From: Eledone cirrhosa
Lineage: Eukaryota
Direction: 5' to 3'
Length of the DNA: 64,000 bases
NCBI GenBank assembly: GCA_964016885.1
Contig: OZ024742.1
Coordinates: forward strand, 8,370,001-8,434,000
Shown: piece by piece, positions 38,580-52,698 of the stretch
Layout of the letters: the number at the start of each line of letters is the position of its first letter
How positions within the stretch are numbered: position 1 is the first letter of the stretch
The notes under the pieces: model-generated
Seen by the model: only the letters and a program-made list of their open reading frames with translations
What the model was told of the DNA's origin: nothing
Databases searched by the model: none
Position numbers and translations under genes: made by a program

Positions 38580-39331
38580 GCGTTCAATCCTGGTAGTGTT
38601 TGTAATATGAAAATGTAGATTTCAAGCGATGGTTACAGTATAACGATCGCTCTATTCTGTTATTTAATAAAATATTTTTGGATTTCATAATACAAAATAA
38701 TTCCATATTACACAATTTACAAAATTCCTGTCCGTGGAGGTATGGAGGGGCATTTTAGGTTAAATTGTTGGTTATTTTCGCGCAGCTGCCAAGCCTTGTC
38801 TGCGAGTGTTGTTACATAACGCTGGTTTTCATGTTTTATCGAGTAACAATGTCTATAAAGGCGAGATTTGAAGGAGGTGGCTGTAGAACCTACGTAGTAC
38901 CACTTCTGGCTATCCGATTCGATAGTACATTTGTATATGATGTTGCGTTCAAGACACTGATTGTTCAACGGACACATTCCTGGTTGGACACAGTTACAGT
39001 TATAATTTTGTGTTGTTGTATTGGCATGGATGGGTTGATGAGGTTGCTTAGAAAGGACGGGATGTTGTTTGTTGTTTTGTGATGTTATAGCCGATGTTTT
39101 ACGTGTATTGTTATGTGTTGGAAGGCGTTTATACAACCGTTTTGCGTTAAGCTTTTTTATATGTTGTTCAATATCAGGGGCGGTTGAATATGAAAGTCGA
39201 ATAGTGTTAGGGTTTAAGATTTTATTATATTTATGTGATGTTGGAAAGTGTTTTTTAACTAATCGAAAGAATTGTGAGGGTAGATTGGTTTTAATAGAGT
39301 TGTTATAGACCGAGTTGTACCATATATACTC
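38580..39331 (-). pseudogene. Truncated, frameshifted PLE ORF (RT thumb plus GIY-YIG)
   Basis: ORF track 38717-39136 plus manual translation upstream and downstream. Confidence 0.88.
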
Positions 39332-39339
39332 TTTAAATC

Positions 39340-40200
39340 GCGGTCAGATTTACTGAGCACCTCCGGGATATTCGTCTCGGTGGTAGTTTCCCCATCGCCC
39401 GCCACTTTGGTGCCCGTGGACATTCCGCACACCATCTCACATTCTGTGGCCTACTCCAATGCCACGGAACATCCGCCAATCTCCTAAGAGTTGAACAACG
39501 AACCATCTTCATCTTACAGACCCACACCCCCCGGCCTGAACTCCCCACCCTTATTCCTTTAGCCTTCGACCACCACCCTCCTCCCACACATATCCCCCAC
39601 TAACACCACTAACACACCCCTCCTTTTCACCGCCCACCCCACAACTAACAATACTAACACCTCTACTCCACCCCACACCCGACCACCCTTCCCCAACTAA
39701 CATACTAACATCCCTCTCTTCTTCTCCTCCCCCTCCTTATCACACGCACACACCCACCGGCACATATATATACGCGCTCACACTAAACACACACCCTACT
39801 ACCACCACTAACCCTCACCCCCACACATCCACCCCACCACCTCGCAACTAACATCACTAACACCCCCTGACCACAAGCACAAGAACACACACACCCAGTT
39901 ACACCACCCACCCTACACGCATCTAACATCACTAACATCACTAACACCCCTCAACCCTACGCACACGTACACACACACCCTCTTACACCACCCACTCTAC
40001 ACCTCCTACCACCACTGACCCCCCACTAACACCCGCATTCAACCCTTTCTCCACCTCCTGTATACTAACACCCACTAACACCACCTTCACCAAACACACA
40101 TACCAGTACACTACACTCCCTCCATCGGCCCCACACCCTTCTCTCCCCGCTCCACCCACACCCTTTCTCCAACACTCACTCATCCCACTAACACCTCTAC
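39340..40200 (+). mobile_element. Fragment of the Neptune-type PLE (end of endonuclease and 3' UTR)
   Basis: Reverse complement of about 54400-55100 (RFTEHLRDIRLGGSFPIARHFG...EQRTIFILQTHTP). Confidence 0.92.
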
Positions 40201-40219
40201 TATATATATATATATACTT

Positions 40220-40385
40220 ATAATCTATTTTATACCATCTCCGCGCATGAGCTCACCACTTTTCATATTACCCCAAATGTATTTCTATCGTAACAATGAA
40301 GACCACACATTACACCAATTCATCTTCATTTCAAGTCACTTGCCAAACAACTACCATTCCGAATTCTTCATTTCTAGATTTAGTT
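40220..40385. repeat. Dispersed repeat, copy of 44865-45030
   Basis: CTATTTTATACCATCTCCGCGCATGAG...GAATTCTTCATTTCTAGATTT is shared. Confidence 0.85.
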
Positions 40386-40890
40386 TATCATTATGCTCCA
40401 GTGCAATATACACAATATACACCCAGGAGACTAATTGTGTGTATGTATGAGCATGTATGAGCATGTAATTGTGATTTATGTATGAACACATGCACGCTCG
40501 GCACACACACAGATATATGCATGTATATGTGTGTGTGTATATAAATATATATGTGTGTGTGTATGTATATATATATATATATATATACATACATACATAT
40601 GTGTATATATGTATATATGACAATAGTGAGGGAATAAGAGAGAGGGTGAGGGAGAGAAAAATGTAAATAGATAAACATAAGCTCACAGATAAAAACAATC
40701 TCTAGACTGAAGTGAAAATAGATTCCAATGTCTATATATGGTATGAGTTTATGTAATAGTGAGAATGCGCTGCAGTTTAAATACTGCTGTTTCTTGAGAG
40801 TACAGAGTAATGCAGTGAAGGTAATAAAAAGAGACCAATGGAAAAGAATTACAATTTAGAGATGCCGGGTAAAATATATGTATATATATA

Positions 40891-40993
40891 TGAAGAGGGT
40901 CGGGACACCGACGGCTGAGCTCCGGTCGTTTTGACAGCTATTGAATACTATGGTGCATTATGGTCCACCTGGTATCTTACCACACTCTCTTTG

Positions 40994-40996
<3 letters not shown>
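40891..40996. mobile_element. Family C-related rearranged fragment
   Basis: Same layout as 33559-33660. Confidence 0.8.
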
Positions 40997-41069
<73 letters not shown>

Positions 41070-41169
41070 GCATTATGGCTGCAACTCGATTTCGAGTAAT
41101 GCCATCACTTGGTACTTAAGCATGAATATCACAGACGTGGGTTTTAGTCGTGCTACAAAATTACCTTTG

Positions 41170-41312
41170 GCGGGCAAGTCTAGGTTTGAAAGTTTCCTCA
41201 TATTCCTGCTGTTCTGATGATCCCTAGTAGAGAAAGTGATGGTCTCTAAATTGGGAGTTGTTGTTTTGGTTCACCAGCACAAGATTACTTATATTTCTCT
41301 GTTGGTTATTAG
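41170..41312. repeat. Dispersed repeat, inverted relative of 36360-36495
   Basis: TTACTTATATTTCTCTGTTGGTTATT versus AATAACCAACAGAGAAATATAAGTAA. Confidence 0.75.
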
Positions 41313-41373
41313 ATCTCCTAATAAATTATTTAGACCATTATTCAACCAAGTGCTCGATACTTGGGATAGTAGA

Positions 41374-41427
<54 letters not shown>

Positions 41428-41433
<6 letters not shown>

Positions 41434-41879
41434 TATGTATACGTACATACATATATGTGTACAGACGCACAGTAGTATGTATATATATATATACATGCAT
41501 ACATATATATATGTACGTATGGGTTTACCGAACATTTATTATAATGTTCAGTTTGTTTGTAAACAAACAGATCGAATTACGCCGTACAGTGCTCGGAAAC
41601 CATCGTCGCCCTTTTGTTCAACACTGACACAGGAACTATGTACTAGTTTCAAGCTTATTAGCTATCGTCAGCATTGTATACCTTTCTGTCATACTTATAT
41701 TTAGGTATCAGCCGTACTATAAGTGAGAAATGAAATTTCGTTTCATTCTTTTCCATTTATCGTTTCGGTATGCCCGGCGACTAACTCACTCGATATGCAA
41801 ATTAGGCTGCTCAGCCGTTAATATGCATAAGGAAAGTATATACTTTCAGACATTCAATCATCTGACAGAAAGGTATACG
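41428..41879. mobile_element. Family B element made of two oppositely oriented segments
   Basis: 41428-41691 is minus orientation with HHR at 41636-41676. 41692-41879 is plus orientation. Confidence 0.85.
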
Positions 41880-41902
41880 TTCTGTATAATCATGTCCATC
41901 AC

Positions 41903-41938
41903 GAGCTGAAGATCCGCTAAGGTGAAACAATTGTTCTC
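41903..41938 (+). ncRNA. Minimal hammerhead ribozyme
   Basis: GAG-CTGAAGA-TCCGCTAAGGT-GAAA-CAATTG-TT-CTC. Confidence 0.7.
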
Positions 41939-43921
41939 AGTATGGTGAACTAACTGTTGTGTAACCACTTCTACCTAACTCATCCCATTGACTGAGTGCT
42001 CTACCACTACGGATATTACCTTCCAGTGTTCTACCACTATATATATATATATATATACACGTATACAATCACACACACACACAAGTATATATATACATGC
42101 ATATACACATACAAACACATACACACACATATATATATGCACACATACCCACACATATAAAGTATGTAAATGCATATATCTGGGCCTGTATTTACATCTT
42201 TATATATTCCATTTCTCCTGTTTTCTAGCAAGACCATTCTAAGCCACTGAAGTCACAAGTTATAATTTGCTAGATACACATCCTATTATCAGTTTCCACA
42301 CTAAATAGTTTTTTTGTACAAATCTTCCGGTTGGTTTCTGTTGCAATTTATCGCTTCTACATTGACAGTTGATCAATTTTCAACCTTGCAATGGCATAAG
42401 GCCAGCTATGTCCGGCTTTCAAAGCAACATAATTTGCCATCGATACAAAAGGCAGCCATTGATACAGAATGTATACATGTCATGTTGGTTCGTTGGTCAG
42501 TAGGTTGTTTGGTTGATGTGTCTGTATGTTTGTCTGTCTATCTGTTTGCCACTCTGTATATTTTTCTCTATATTTGCGTGGCAAGGTGTCTGTACGATGA
42601 TGTACCTGAGTGTAATGTTGTACAACGGATGTATACCTTTCATTTCACTTTATTGTAACTAGTTGTAAAAATATAAAACAACAAATAAAACAACAACTAC
42701 AAAACATTCTTGACGGAGGATGGAGAATAAGGTTGTTTTAGTTTGGTTTGTTAGAGAGAAACAAAAGACAGCAGTAAAAAAAAAAAACGACGAAAAAGTA
42801 GCAAAACTAAACAATCACAACAACAGTGACTGCAACTACAACAACGGAACAAATAAGGAGAAAAAGGCGAATAATAGCAACAATGATAACATCAGCAACA
42901 ACAACAGTTACAATAATAACAAGAAAGAAGAAAATGTATTATATTATAGGCTGAAAATGAAATGTAGTTAGTAGGTGAAACGTCAGCTAAATTAGATATA
43001 TACAAAAGCAACAATGCCCGACTAACAAACTGCTGATCAATCAGAAATTTTAGCGGTAAAAACCGTGACTAGATTTACTTTCCACCATAACTCGATTATG
43101 TTTTGTTGAAGCTTCTCTATATTGAGCCCTGAAAGAAATTATCTAAAAGCTACACAGCCACTATCATTGTTACTTAGATCACAATAGGTATCTCGATATG
43201 GTCACTTATCCTGCAAGATATTGCAGCCAAATCTCTCTCAGAATTTACCGTTCCGTCCAGGGCACAAATCACCGATAAAATTGGATGATCATATCTTGAA
43301 AATCATTCATAGTAGATTTACTCGATCAGGGCTTCCTCTATCGATTTATTCTCTTCTTTATTTCATCACAATTTGTGAACAATAGTATGTATTCTATCAT
43401 TAAATGACTAGTACACTATATGTCCTAAAGGGAAAGGGAAATGTGCCTGTCTAAGTATATTCAGGGGCCATTCTTCGTAAAACTGTATTTCTCGGCAAAT
43501 TGACAGAGTGATTAGAAAAACAGTTTCGTCTGGCTCGAACCCAGAAGCTCATGAAACCGGCGTTTGTCCCGGTTTCCTCTGGCATGAAGCAGTCGTAAGT
43601 TCAACACCTTGACCATTAGGCCACAAGCCTCCACTTGTTTGTTTGAGGAGTGGGGCAAGGAGTATTTGGAGCAGATCAGAGTTGGGTTTACATTTCTCAG
43701 AGAATTATGGAAGAAAATTAAGGATCAGACCCGAGTTCCCGTCAGAGTGTTTGCAACAGAATAGACTTCGCTAAAGTCACCCCAGAAATACGTAGTTGTG
43801 TGGATGTGGGCAACAAATCTAGTCTACTACTGTTTCTGTTTACTTTACTTATTATTGTTGTTGTTTCATGGCAGAGAACTGACATGAAACTTGTAGTGTT
43901 ATCCAGGTTTTCGTTGTAGTA

Positions 43922-44071
<150 letters not shown>

Positions 44072-44093
44072 AACACACGCACATACACACACA

Positions 44094-44131
<38 letters not shown>

Positions 44132-44171
44132 TATCGAGAAAGGGAGCGGATATATATATCTATATATATAT

Positions 44172-44372
44172 GAAAAAAAGGTTCAAGGCCCCGACGGCAG
44201 ACCTAAAGTCATTTTGACGGCTATTTCTGGACGTCCAGAAATCGCCGTTGAAGCGGCTTGTGCTTTGCTGTCGGGTTCTGACTCTTTTCCTATTACACAC
44301 TTTACTACCCAAAGTATCGACTACTCTGGTGCGTTATGGGCCACCTGGTTCCTTACCACACTTCCTTCGTTA
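44172..44372 (+). mobile_element. Family C fold-back element, diverged
   Basis: Apex CTGGAC-GTCCAG near 44232. Ends CCTTCGTTA(TA)n. Confidence 0.85.
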
Positions 44373-44780
44373 TATATATATATATATTTAGACAAAAACA
44401 TACGTCATATAGATAGATATATATATATATACATTGTAATAATTTGGTAGATTGAACAAACAACCAACTAGTGGCAAGTGAATAAGCACATAAGTAAATA
44501 CATAAACACACACACACATCCGGAAGTAACGCATGCGCAAACTAAGCACACAACACAACGCACAAAAAGAAGATGGTGTAGGACAGAACAAAGGAGAGAC
44601 ACAAAAGAAAAACCTCGTCACTGAGAAGGTCACAGAACTTTTGACGAAAGAACTTTGACAATATATAAACAACCATCGGTTATCGACCCTACCAGCCAAC
44701 CAACCGGAATTCATGATAAATTAAAGTGAAAACCAGCAGAGGCTTGTGCCTTTATTGGCAGCATGACCCGTCCCAAATTA

Positions 44781-44824
<44 letters not shown>

Positions 44825-46309
44825 CTTAGCAGCCAAAGGCAACTTCTTTTCCCGTCATTAAGGGTCTATATTCTATTTTATACCATCTCCGCGCATGAGT
44901 ACACCACTCTTTATATTACCCCATATGTATTTATATCGAAACAATGATGACCACATATTAAACCAATTCATCTTCATTATAAATCACTTGCCAAACATCT
45001 ACCACTCCGAATTCTTCATTTCTAGATTTCGTAAATTTATAATAAATTGAAGTGAAAACCAACAGCTGCGTGTCTTTTTATTGGCAGCATGCCCCTCCCA
45101 CAGTATAACAATATCTGTTTCAACACACTTTCTCAGATAAGAGATCTTGCAAAACAATTTCATTCAATATCTCTGCAATAACACTAACACTAAGTATGAC
45201 ACTAAGAAAGATATGAACGACACCACAACACTTTGTTTTGAAACTTTTGAAAGCAGGTTTATAGGTATGAATTTTCATAGTTGTCTCTGTGGCTTAGCGG
45301 TAGGTACTAGAGACGTTGGATATCCTAGCCTTGGGTTCTATCCTGGTCAAGAGGTGCATGTATTCTTTTTCAGTTTTTATTTTACAACCAATAGAAAAAA
45401 ACTGAATAGGCTTACTTGGAACCCTACTCCCGACCAGGATCGATCTTCAGCCTGGATCACCACCGTCTATCACACCTCCAACTAGGCCACCTAGACAGCT
45501 ACAGAAGTGTAATGAACATTGATAATTATAAACCTACTTCCAGTCTGTGGTTCATGGCTTTCCTAGAGCTATTAGTAATATTTAGGGTCGAATTCTGTTC
45601 ATTATTGAAAGTCTCTGGATTTCGCAAAATACATAATATTTTTTATTGGAGAAGGTAAGATATTTTCCGCAAAAATTCGATTGCACTGTTTTGTTTTCAC
45701 TTACGTATTTTTTGAAAAAGTTATTTATTCATTATAAAAATGATATTATAGTATTCTATATATAGGTGGGTCCCCTTCATCTCCTGGTAACCAATATTTT
45801 TAGACCTAGTCCGTCACTGTCTGTTGGTATTTTACAATCATCTACACTTCAAGCCAAGTATGAACTGAAATAAGTCTCTGCCAAAAAGAGAAACATCATA
45901 TATGTATCGTCACTCCTCTCATTCACATTACCATAGTTTGAATCACTCTCATCACTCACGTCTCCATCAACTTCTAGATATATCCACGTCCCTCTAATTC
46001 CTGCATGATTGAATCAAAAGAACCACCTTCACCAACAGAACACTGACGTGTCATTTCCTAATTGTCGCCTCTTATTGTTATATTGCTTCATGAATCCCAC
46101 ACATACTTTCAATTATTTAATACTTACATATCTTCCTCTGCAGTCATTCCTTTGACCTCCTATTGATTTATACAGGTTACCTGGCATCATTCAATATCCC
46201 TGCACAACACACAAATTGGTAATATATTAAACACGCATATATACACACACACACACACACACACATACACACACACACGTGCCGTCATACAAATATATGT
46301 GTATATAAG

Positions 46310-46468
<159 letters not shown>

Positions 46469-46472
46469 ATAT

Positions 46473-47829
46473 ATATATAATATATAAGATCAAAAGATGG
46501 TTAAATGAGTTCCATGTATTTTATTATGCGCATTTCAAAAACAAATATCATCATGAGATGATATCTGCGTTTTCATCAGATAAAATAGGGATACATGATA
46601 TGAAGGTTAAAGAACACTTGTGAATAGTGAAGTTTTAAATCAACATATGAAAAATAATTTAAGATTGATGTGTGATATTGGGAAAAAGTGAGGGGGGGGG
46701 TGGAAAAGGTAAGGAAGAGGAGGAGATGAGAGTAAATAATGGTGGGGGAGGAGTATAAGAAGGAAGGATGAGAGAGGAGGAGAGATGGGTGATAGAGAGA
46801 GAGAGAGATAGCCTTTACAATTGAGAAAAAATATATATTGTCTCACAGAGAGAAGTTAAAAAGCCGTTGGAAGATAATAGATAATTTAAAAGAATTTGAA
46901 ATTAAAAGTTGATGAAGAGAAAAAAATGGGTTAAGAATAATATTAAATTAAGGTTTGTATAATGAAGGGTTTAATAATATGTGCGAGGAAAAGTAATTAT
47001 GAATATGTATTATTAAAATTAAAATATTAATGTTATTAAGGATATAATGTGAAAAGAAGTAGAAGAGTGGATGAGTTATGAATTTAGAGGAATTATTTAG
47101 TGTTTAAGTTTGTTTTTATTTAATGTAATATGTGTGCGTAATATATGTAAATAGTTTGTTTAAAAATGAGCGCAGAAAGCAAAGAAGAAAAGAATGTTTA
47201 AGGAAGAAAATATCTAACATCAAAAAATATATATGTTTACGAAATATTTTCTAATGGTAATAATATAATATATTAAAAGAAATTAGTTAGGGTTTAAGTT
47301 TGTTTTTATGTATTGTAATATGTAAAAGTCAAACCCTTCAATATACAAACCTTAATTTAATATTATTCTTAACCCCTTTTTTTCTCTTCATCAACTTTTA
47401 ATTTCAAATTCTTTTAAATTATCTATTATCTTCCAACGGCTTTTTAACTTCTCTCCGTGAGACAATATATATTTTTTCTCAATTGTAAAGGCTATCTCTC
47501 TCTCTCTATCACCCATCTCTCCTCCTCTCTCATCCTTCCTTCTTATACTCCTCCCCCACCATTCTTTACTCTCATCTCCTCCTCTTCCTTATATCCCCCC
47601 CCCCCCTCCTCACTTTTTCCCAATATCACACATCAATCTTAAATTATTTTTCATATGTTGATTTAAAACTTCACTATACACAAGTGTTCTTTAACCTTCA
47701 TATCATGTATCCCTATTTTATCTGATGAAAACGCAGATATCATCTCATGATGATATTTGTTTTTGAAATGCACATAATAAAATACTTGGAACTCTTTTAA
47801 CCATCTTTTCATCTTATATTATTTATACA
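46473..47829. mobile_element. Inverted-repeat element with about 500-bp arms and about 360-bp spacer, canonical HHR in each arm
   Basis: 46473-46972 is the reverse complement of 47331-47829. HHR at 47714-47784 (+): TATTTTAT-CTGATGA-AAACGCAGATATCATC TCAT GATGATATTTGTTTTT-GAAA-TGCACA-TA-ATAAAATA. Mirror at 46517-46587. Confidence 0.92.
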
Positions 47830-47905
47830 CCAGTCCTACAAACTGTAGAGTGCTACTTATCCGATATTTGCATTGCTTTATGGTGCTACATTAAAACTCA
47901 CCTCC

Positions 47906-47952
<47 letters not shown>

Positions 47953-48004
47953 GTGTATATACGATACATATGTGTATGAATATACATATGTATATATGGA
48001 TTTA

Positions 48005-48615
48005 TGTGTCAGGTCACCAGTTGGTGCTACTGGTAACATGTATCCCAGTACAACCTGTCTCATGGTCGGGTCGTTGGCGACTAAACTGGCAACCTCACCA
48101 CGGTTTCTTGCTGAGGAGGGTAGCTTTGGACATCCTGCAGGAATAAAAACAAAACCTGTCAAAAGGCAAAGGGTCTCTTAAGGGTCAATCGCCATCCAAA
48201 ATCAACGGGAGAGATGACCCCTTAGCCTTTGTCAAGGCAGAATTCTAGGAGAAGGAAAACTCTGATATAACACCTGCAACCCTGATGGTATCCAATGATG
48301 TTGACTTGTTCATCTTTTTGGTAAATATCATCTTCGTTAAGAGAGTGGGACTGGCTTTGTGCAGTGCCTTTGCTCACTTTAAAAGCTTCACGGCACAGGC
48401 ATTGCTTTATATCTGGAGATCTCTGCACTTGTCGTCACATGGTATCATGGGCCCAACACTATGTGTCAATAATTGTCACAAGTGTAGTGTTTGTACCAGA
48501 GTTTTCAAGCCGCTAGCTGGACTAAATAGTCACACTCGTTCAGCGCATCGGTAGGGGTTCTCCTACATGGATATAAAGAGTGGCCGTACTCGAAAACGAG
48601 TTGGTAGCCACCATA
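48005..48615 (+). mobile_element. Internally deleted RTE-type LINE (5' UTR-like part joined to 3' end with C2H2-like motif)
   Basis: HKCSVCTRVFKPLAGLNSHTRSAH resembles RTE/BovB C-termini. The 5' part (AAACTGGCAACCTCACC) resembles RTE 5' UTRs. Confidence 0.55.
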
Positions 48616-50517
48616 TATGGATTTATATATTTCTCTCTCTCTAAATATAAATGCGTATGTGTGTGCGTGCATTCGTGCGTTTGAGTGTGTGTTTGTGTGT
48701 GTGTGCCTGTAAGTGTGTATGTGCGCGTGCATGCGTACGTGTCTGTGTGTGTATTGTTTATACATATGTATGTAAAAATATCGAATAATAGAGTTGGAAA
48801 TCGCTCAAATCTAATATTCTTAGATTATATGAAGAGAAAGGAGAGAAATGCTTGGTAAAATCTTTCTCCGTTGATTCTGTACAATATTAGTTGCAACATT
48901 ATTAACAAACGAAGCTTTTTTTCTTTAATTTCCAGTTCATTGTGAAAAACGTTATTGACATAAGCTGAGCAATATTGGAACTAAAGCATCTGAACATGTG
49001 ACAAAAGAATCTACTGTTAAACAAAATAGAACGAAACGGCCAGAATAGAAGACTGTTGTGGTAAACAGTAACATATAAATTGTCGACAACCATAAGTAGC
49101 GACAATAAAGAACACAACAAAGGGTATACAACCAATATAAAAGACTATGAATATCTACGAAAACACATGTGCTTAAAGCACGTGCCTATATAGAGGGGAA
49201 GCGGGGCGTCGTTGTAATAGGGAAAACATTGTAGATCTGGTAAGGGTTTATTCTAAAGTTGAAAAAAGGAAATTAGCATTGATTTTTTTTTCTTTTTACA
49301 TTGTAGGTAAATTCCACGATATGTAAAAAAAAAATAAAGCAATAAATACTAAATAAATTTAACCTAAAATATAACCAAAATATTCCTGACTCAATTTCCC
49401 CGAATCCCTGCCGAACACATTTGATAATGGATAAAAATCCGAAATGTTTTGGGACTTATAAATTTCTAAAGTAACTTTCAATCAGTCTTTATTTGGTATA
49501 TGAAGGCTAAAACAATATGAAAATGGAATTAAATAATACCACAAGGTATGTTGTCCCTACTTCTACGATTCTGCCAATCATTCCGCTCTATATAAAATAA
49601 GAAGTAGATGGTGGCATCGATGTAATAGACAATACTTTAGAGAATTATGCTGTGGCATGGCCAAATTTCAATGGTTGAAACGAGTGAAACAAGAAAGGAG
49701 ATTGTATAAAACTGAAAAAACGTCTGTGTCATTCAGTCCACAGAGACAAACCTCAGTAAATAACAAAACCCTTACCCAGCAGTTTGTATTCCCTTTTCTC
49801 ATATATCTATATTGGGCCTTCCTCTCCTGTCGCGCTCTTTCTCTTTCTTTCGTTCTTTATTTCTCCCTCTTGCTCTATCATATTCTCCTTTTCTCTTTCT
49901 CTCTCGTTATCTCATCCTATCTAGGCCCACACCTACGTCTCTATTTCTCTACCCTAAATTACCTGCCACCTTCACCAATTTAATCCACAGGTGTGCTTTT
50001 CCTGCTAAGATGGTGGAAATACTGGCGGTGATGGAAGGTGTGAGGTCTTCCTCTGCCTATAAAGGTGTGACAACCAAGTAGTCCTGCTTGATTGATGGCC
50101 AGATGGTGTGTGTATGTGTATGTGTTTGTGGCGGTGAGATGGGGGCCATTTTTGATTATCACCCCCATCATTCCAACATCAACCCTATAACACCACCACC
50201 CGGGGTTTCGTGTCACCCTGCCTTTGTTGATAACTCCGAGACACACCCCTTTCTAACATGAAATACTTAAACATTCTGACCCCCTTTTTCAATAGTCTTC
50301 ATTCTTTCTACCTTTGTTATTTATCACCATTCTTCATGTCCCTTCTACATATTTTACTTTATATCCTCTCTTACTTTCTTTGTTTTACTTCTTTCATGTT
50401 TTTTTTGTACCATTTTCATTTATTTTTTCCATTCTTTCCTTCCTCAATTTCTTTTGTTTTTCTTCTCTTCTTTCATTATTCAATATCTTTCCGTTTCCGA
50501 TCGTTAATCTTTTATTT

Positions 50518-50715
50518 CTACCAATATATCCACATGTGTGTCTACCTATATATCCACATGTGTGTCTACCTATATATCCACATGTGTGTCTATCTATATA
50601 TCCACATGTGTGTCTACCTATATATCCACATGTGTGTCTACCTATATATCCACATGTGTGTCTACCTATATATCCACATGTGTGTCTACCTATATATCCA
50701 CATGTGTGTCTACCT
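50518..50715. repeat. 24-bp minisatellite, 8 copies (CTACCTATATATCCACATGTGTGT)
   Basis: CACATG recurs every 24 bp from 50531 to 50699. Confidence 0.97.
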
Positions 50716-50861
50716 TTCTATGTAAACATGGAACTAGGCATCTAACGATATATTTATGTATCCTGCAGCCAACTATTCTTCTACCTATCTTCTCCCCTCT
50801 CTCTCTCCCTCTCTCTCTCTCTATATATATATTATATATATATATATTATATATATATATA

Positions 50862-50936
<75 letters not shown>

Positions 50937-51000
50937 TAGTATATATATATATATATATATATATAGTATATATATATAGTATATATATATATAGTATATA

Positions 51001-51085
<85 letters not shown>

Positions 51086-51088
<3 letters not shown>

Positions 51089-51276
51089 AACCAGTAAGAC
51101 CCCGACGGCTGAGCTCAAGCCGTTTCGACGGCTAATTCTGTTCAGAATTAGCCGTCGAAACGGCTTGAGCTCAGCCGTCGGGGTCTTACTGGTTCCTATT
51201 ACCCACTCTACTACCTCAAGTATTGAGTACTTTGGTGCGTTATGGTCCACCTGGTTCCTTACCACATTTCCTTCGT

Positions 51277-51278
<2 letters not shown>
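51086..51278 (+). mobile_element. Family C fold-back element
   Basis: Perfect palindrome of about 55-bp arms, apex AATTCTG-TT-CAGAATT near 51141, within long (TA)n. Confidence 0.92.
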
Positions 51279-51318
<40 letters not shown>

Positions 51319-51376
51319 GTATATATATATATATATATATATATAGTATATATATATATAGTATATATATATATAG

Positions 51377-51614
<238 letters not shown>

Positions 51615-51634
51615 TATATATATACATATAATAT

Positions 51635-51728
<94 letters not shown>

Positions 51729-51769
51729 TATATATATGTATTTATATATATATATATAGGATATATATA

Positions 51770-51968
51770 AAGCAAAGAAAGTGTGGTAAGAAACCAGGTG
51801 GACCATAATGCACCAGAGTACTCGATACTTAGGATAATAGGAAAATAATCAGGACCCCGACGGCTGAGCTCCGGCCGTTTCGACAGCTAAATCCGAACGC
51901 GGATGTGTTCGGATTTAGCTGTCGAAACGGCCGGAGCTCAGCCGTCGGGATCTTGACGCTTTTCCTAT
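51770..51968 (-). mobile_element. Family C subfamily fold-back element with a different apex sequence
   Basis: Apex GCTAAATCCGAAC GCGGATGT GTTCGGATTTAGC near 51901. Confidence 0.88.
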
Positions 51969-51997
51969 ATACATATATATACATATATATATATATA

Positions 51998-52698
51998 TAT
52001 AAGTATGTACACGTACATACATACATGTATACAGACGTACAGTAGTATGTATATATATATATACATACATGCACACACATATATATGTACGTATGGATTC
52101 ACCAAACATTTATTATAATGCTCGGTGTGTTTGTAAACAAACATCCCGTATTAAGCCGTAGTGTCTAGCAACCATCGCTGCTCGCCTGGTCAACACCGAC
52201 AAAGGAACGCTGTACTAGTTTCAAGCTTATTAGCTATCGTCAGCAACGTATACCTTCCTGCCAGATTGTTGAACGTATATACTTACCTTATGCATATTAA
52301 CGGCTGAATAGCCCAATTTGCATATCGAGTGAGTTAATCGGCCGGGTGTACCGAAAACGATAAACGGTATACGATGGCAGGAAGGTATACGATGCTGACG
52401 ATAGCTAATAAGCTTGAAACTAGTACAGCGTTCCTTTATCGGTGTTGAACAGGCGAGCAGCGATGGTTGCTAGATACTACGGCTTAATACGGGATGTTTG
52501 TTTACAAACACACCGAGCATTATAATAAATGTTCGGTGAATCCATACGTACATATATATATGTGTGCATGTATGTATATATATATATACATACTACTGTA
52601 CGTCTCTTTACATATATGTATGTACGTGTACATACTTATATTTAAGTAACAGCCGTACTAAGAGTGGGAAATGAAATTTTGTTTCATTTTTTCCGTTT
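51998..52698. mobile_element. Family B inverted (fold-back) element
   Basis: Left arm is minus with HHR at 52208-52248. Right arm is plus with HHR at 52390-52430. Junction near 52365. Confidence 0.9.

Larger units (their letters stand above)
37978..39331 (-). mobile_element. PLE 3' part (second clade, Naiad-like): RT thumb, GIY-YIG endonuclease, 3' UTR, HHR
   Basis: Translates as IWYNSVYNNSIKTNLPSQFFRLVKKHFP...LSYS, then CNC-x5-CPL-x3-CL...IIYKC...YYVGST..FKSRL..H. After a frameshift near 38750 it reads CKLCNMELFCIMK...LLNNRIERSLYCNHR. Ends in AATAAA and (TA)n. Confidence 0.9.

Noticed and set aside
38580-39331. Selenocysteine-encoding Naiad variant
   Set aside because: The conserved cysteines I could read use normal Cys codons. 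No in-frame TGA seen at those sites.
41205-41245. CTGATGA...GAAA
   Set aside because: No supporting stems, and the motif is not conserved in the homologous copy near 36460.
49415-49455. TTGATAA-TGGATAAAAATCC-GAAA as a third U3-A8 HHR
   Set aside because: Stems I and III are missing, so it is too degenerate.
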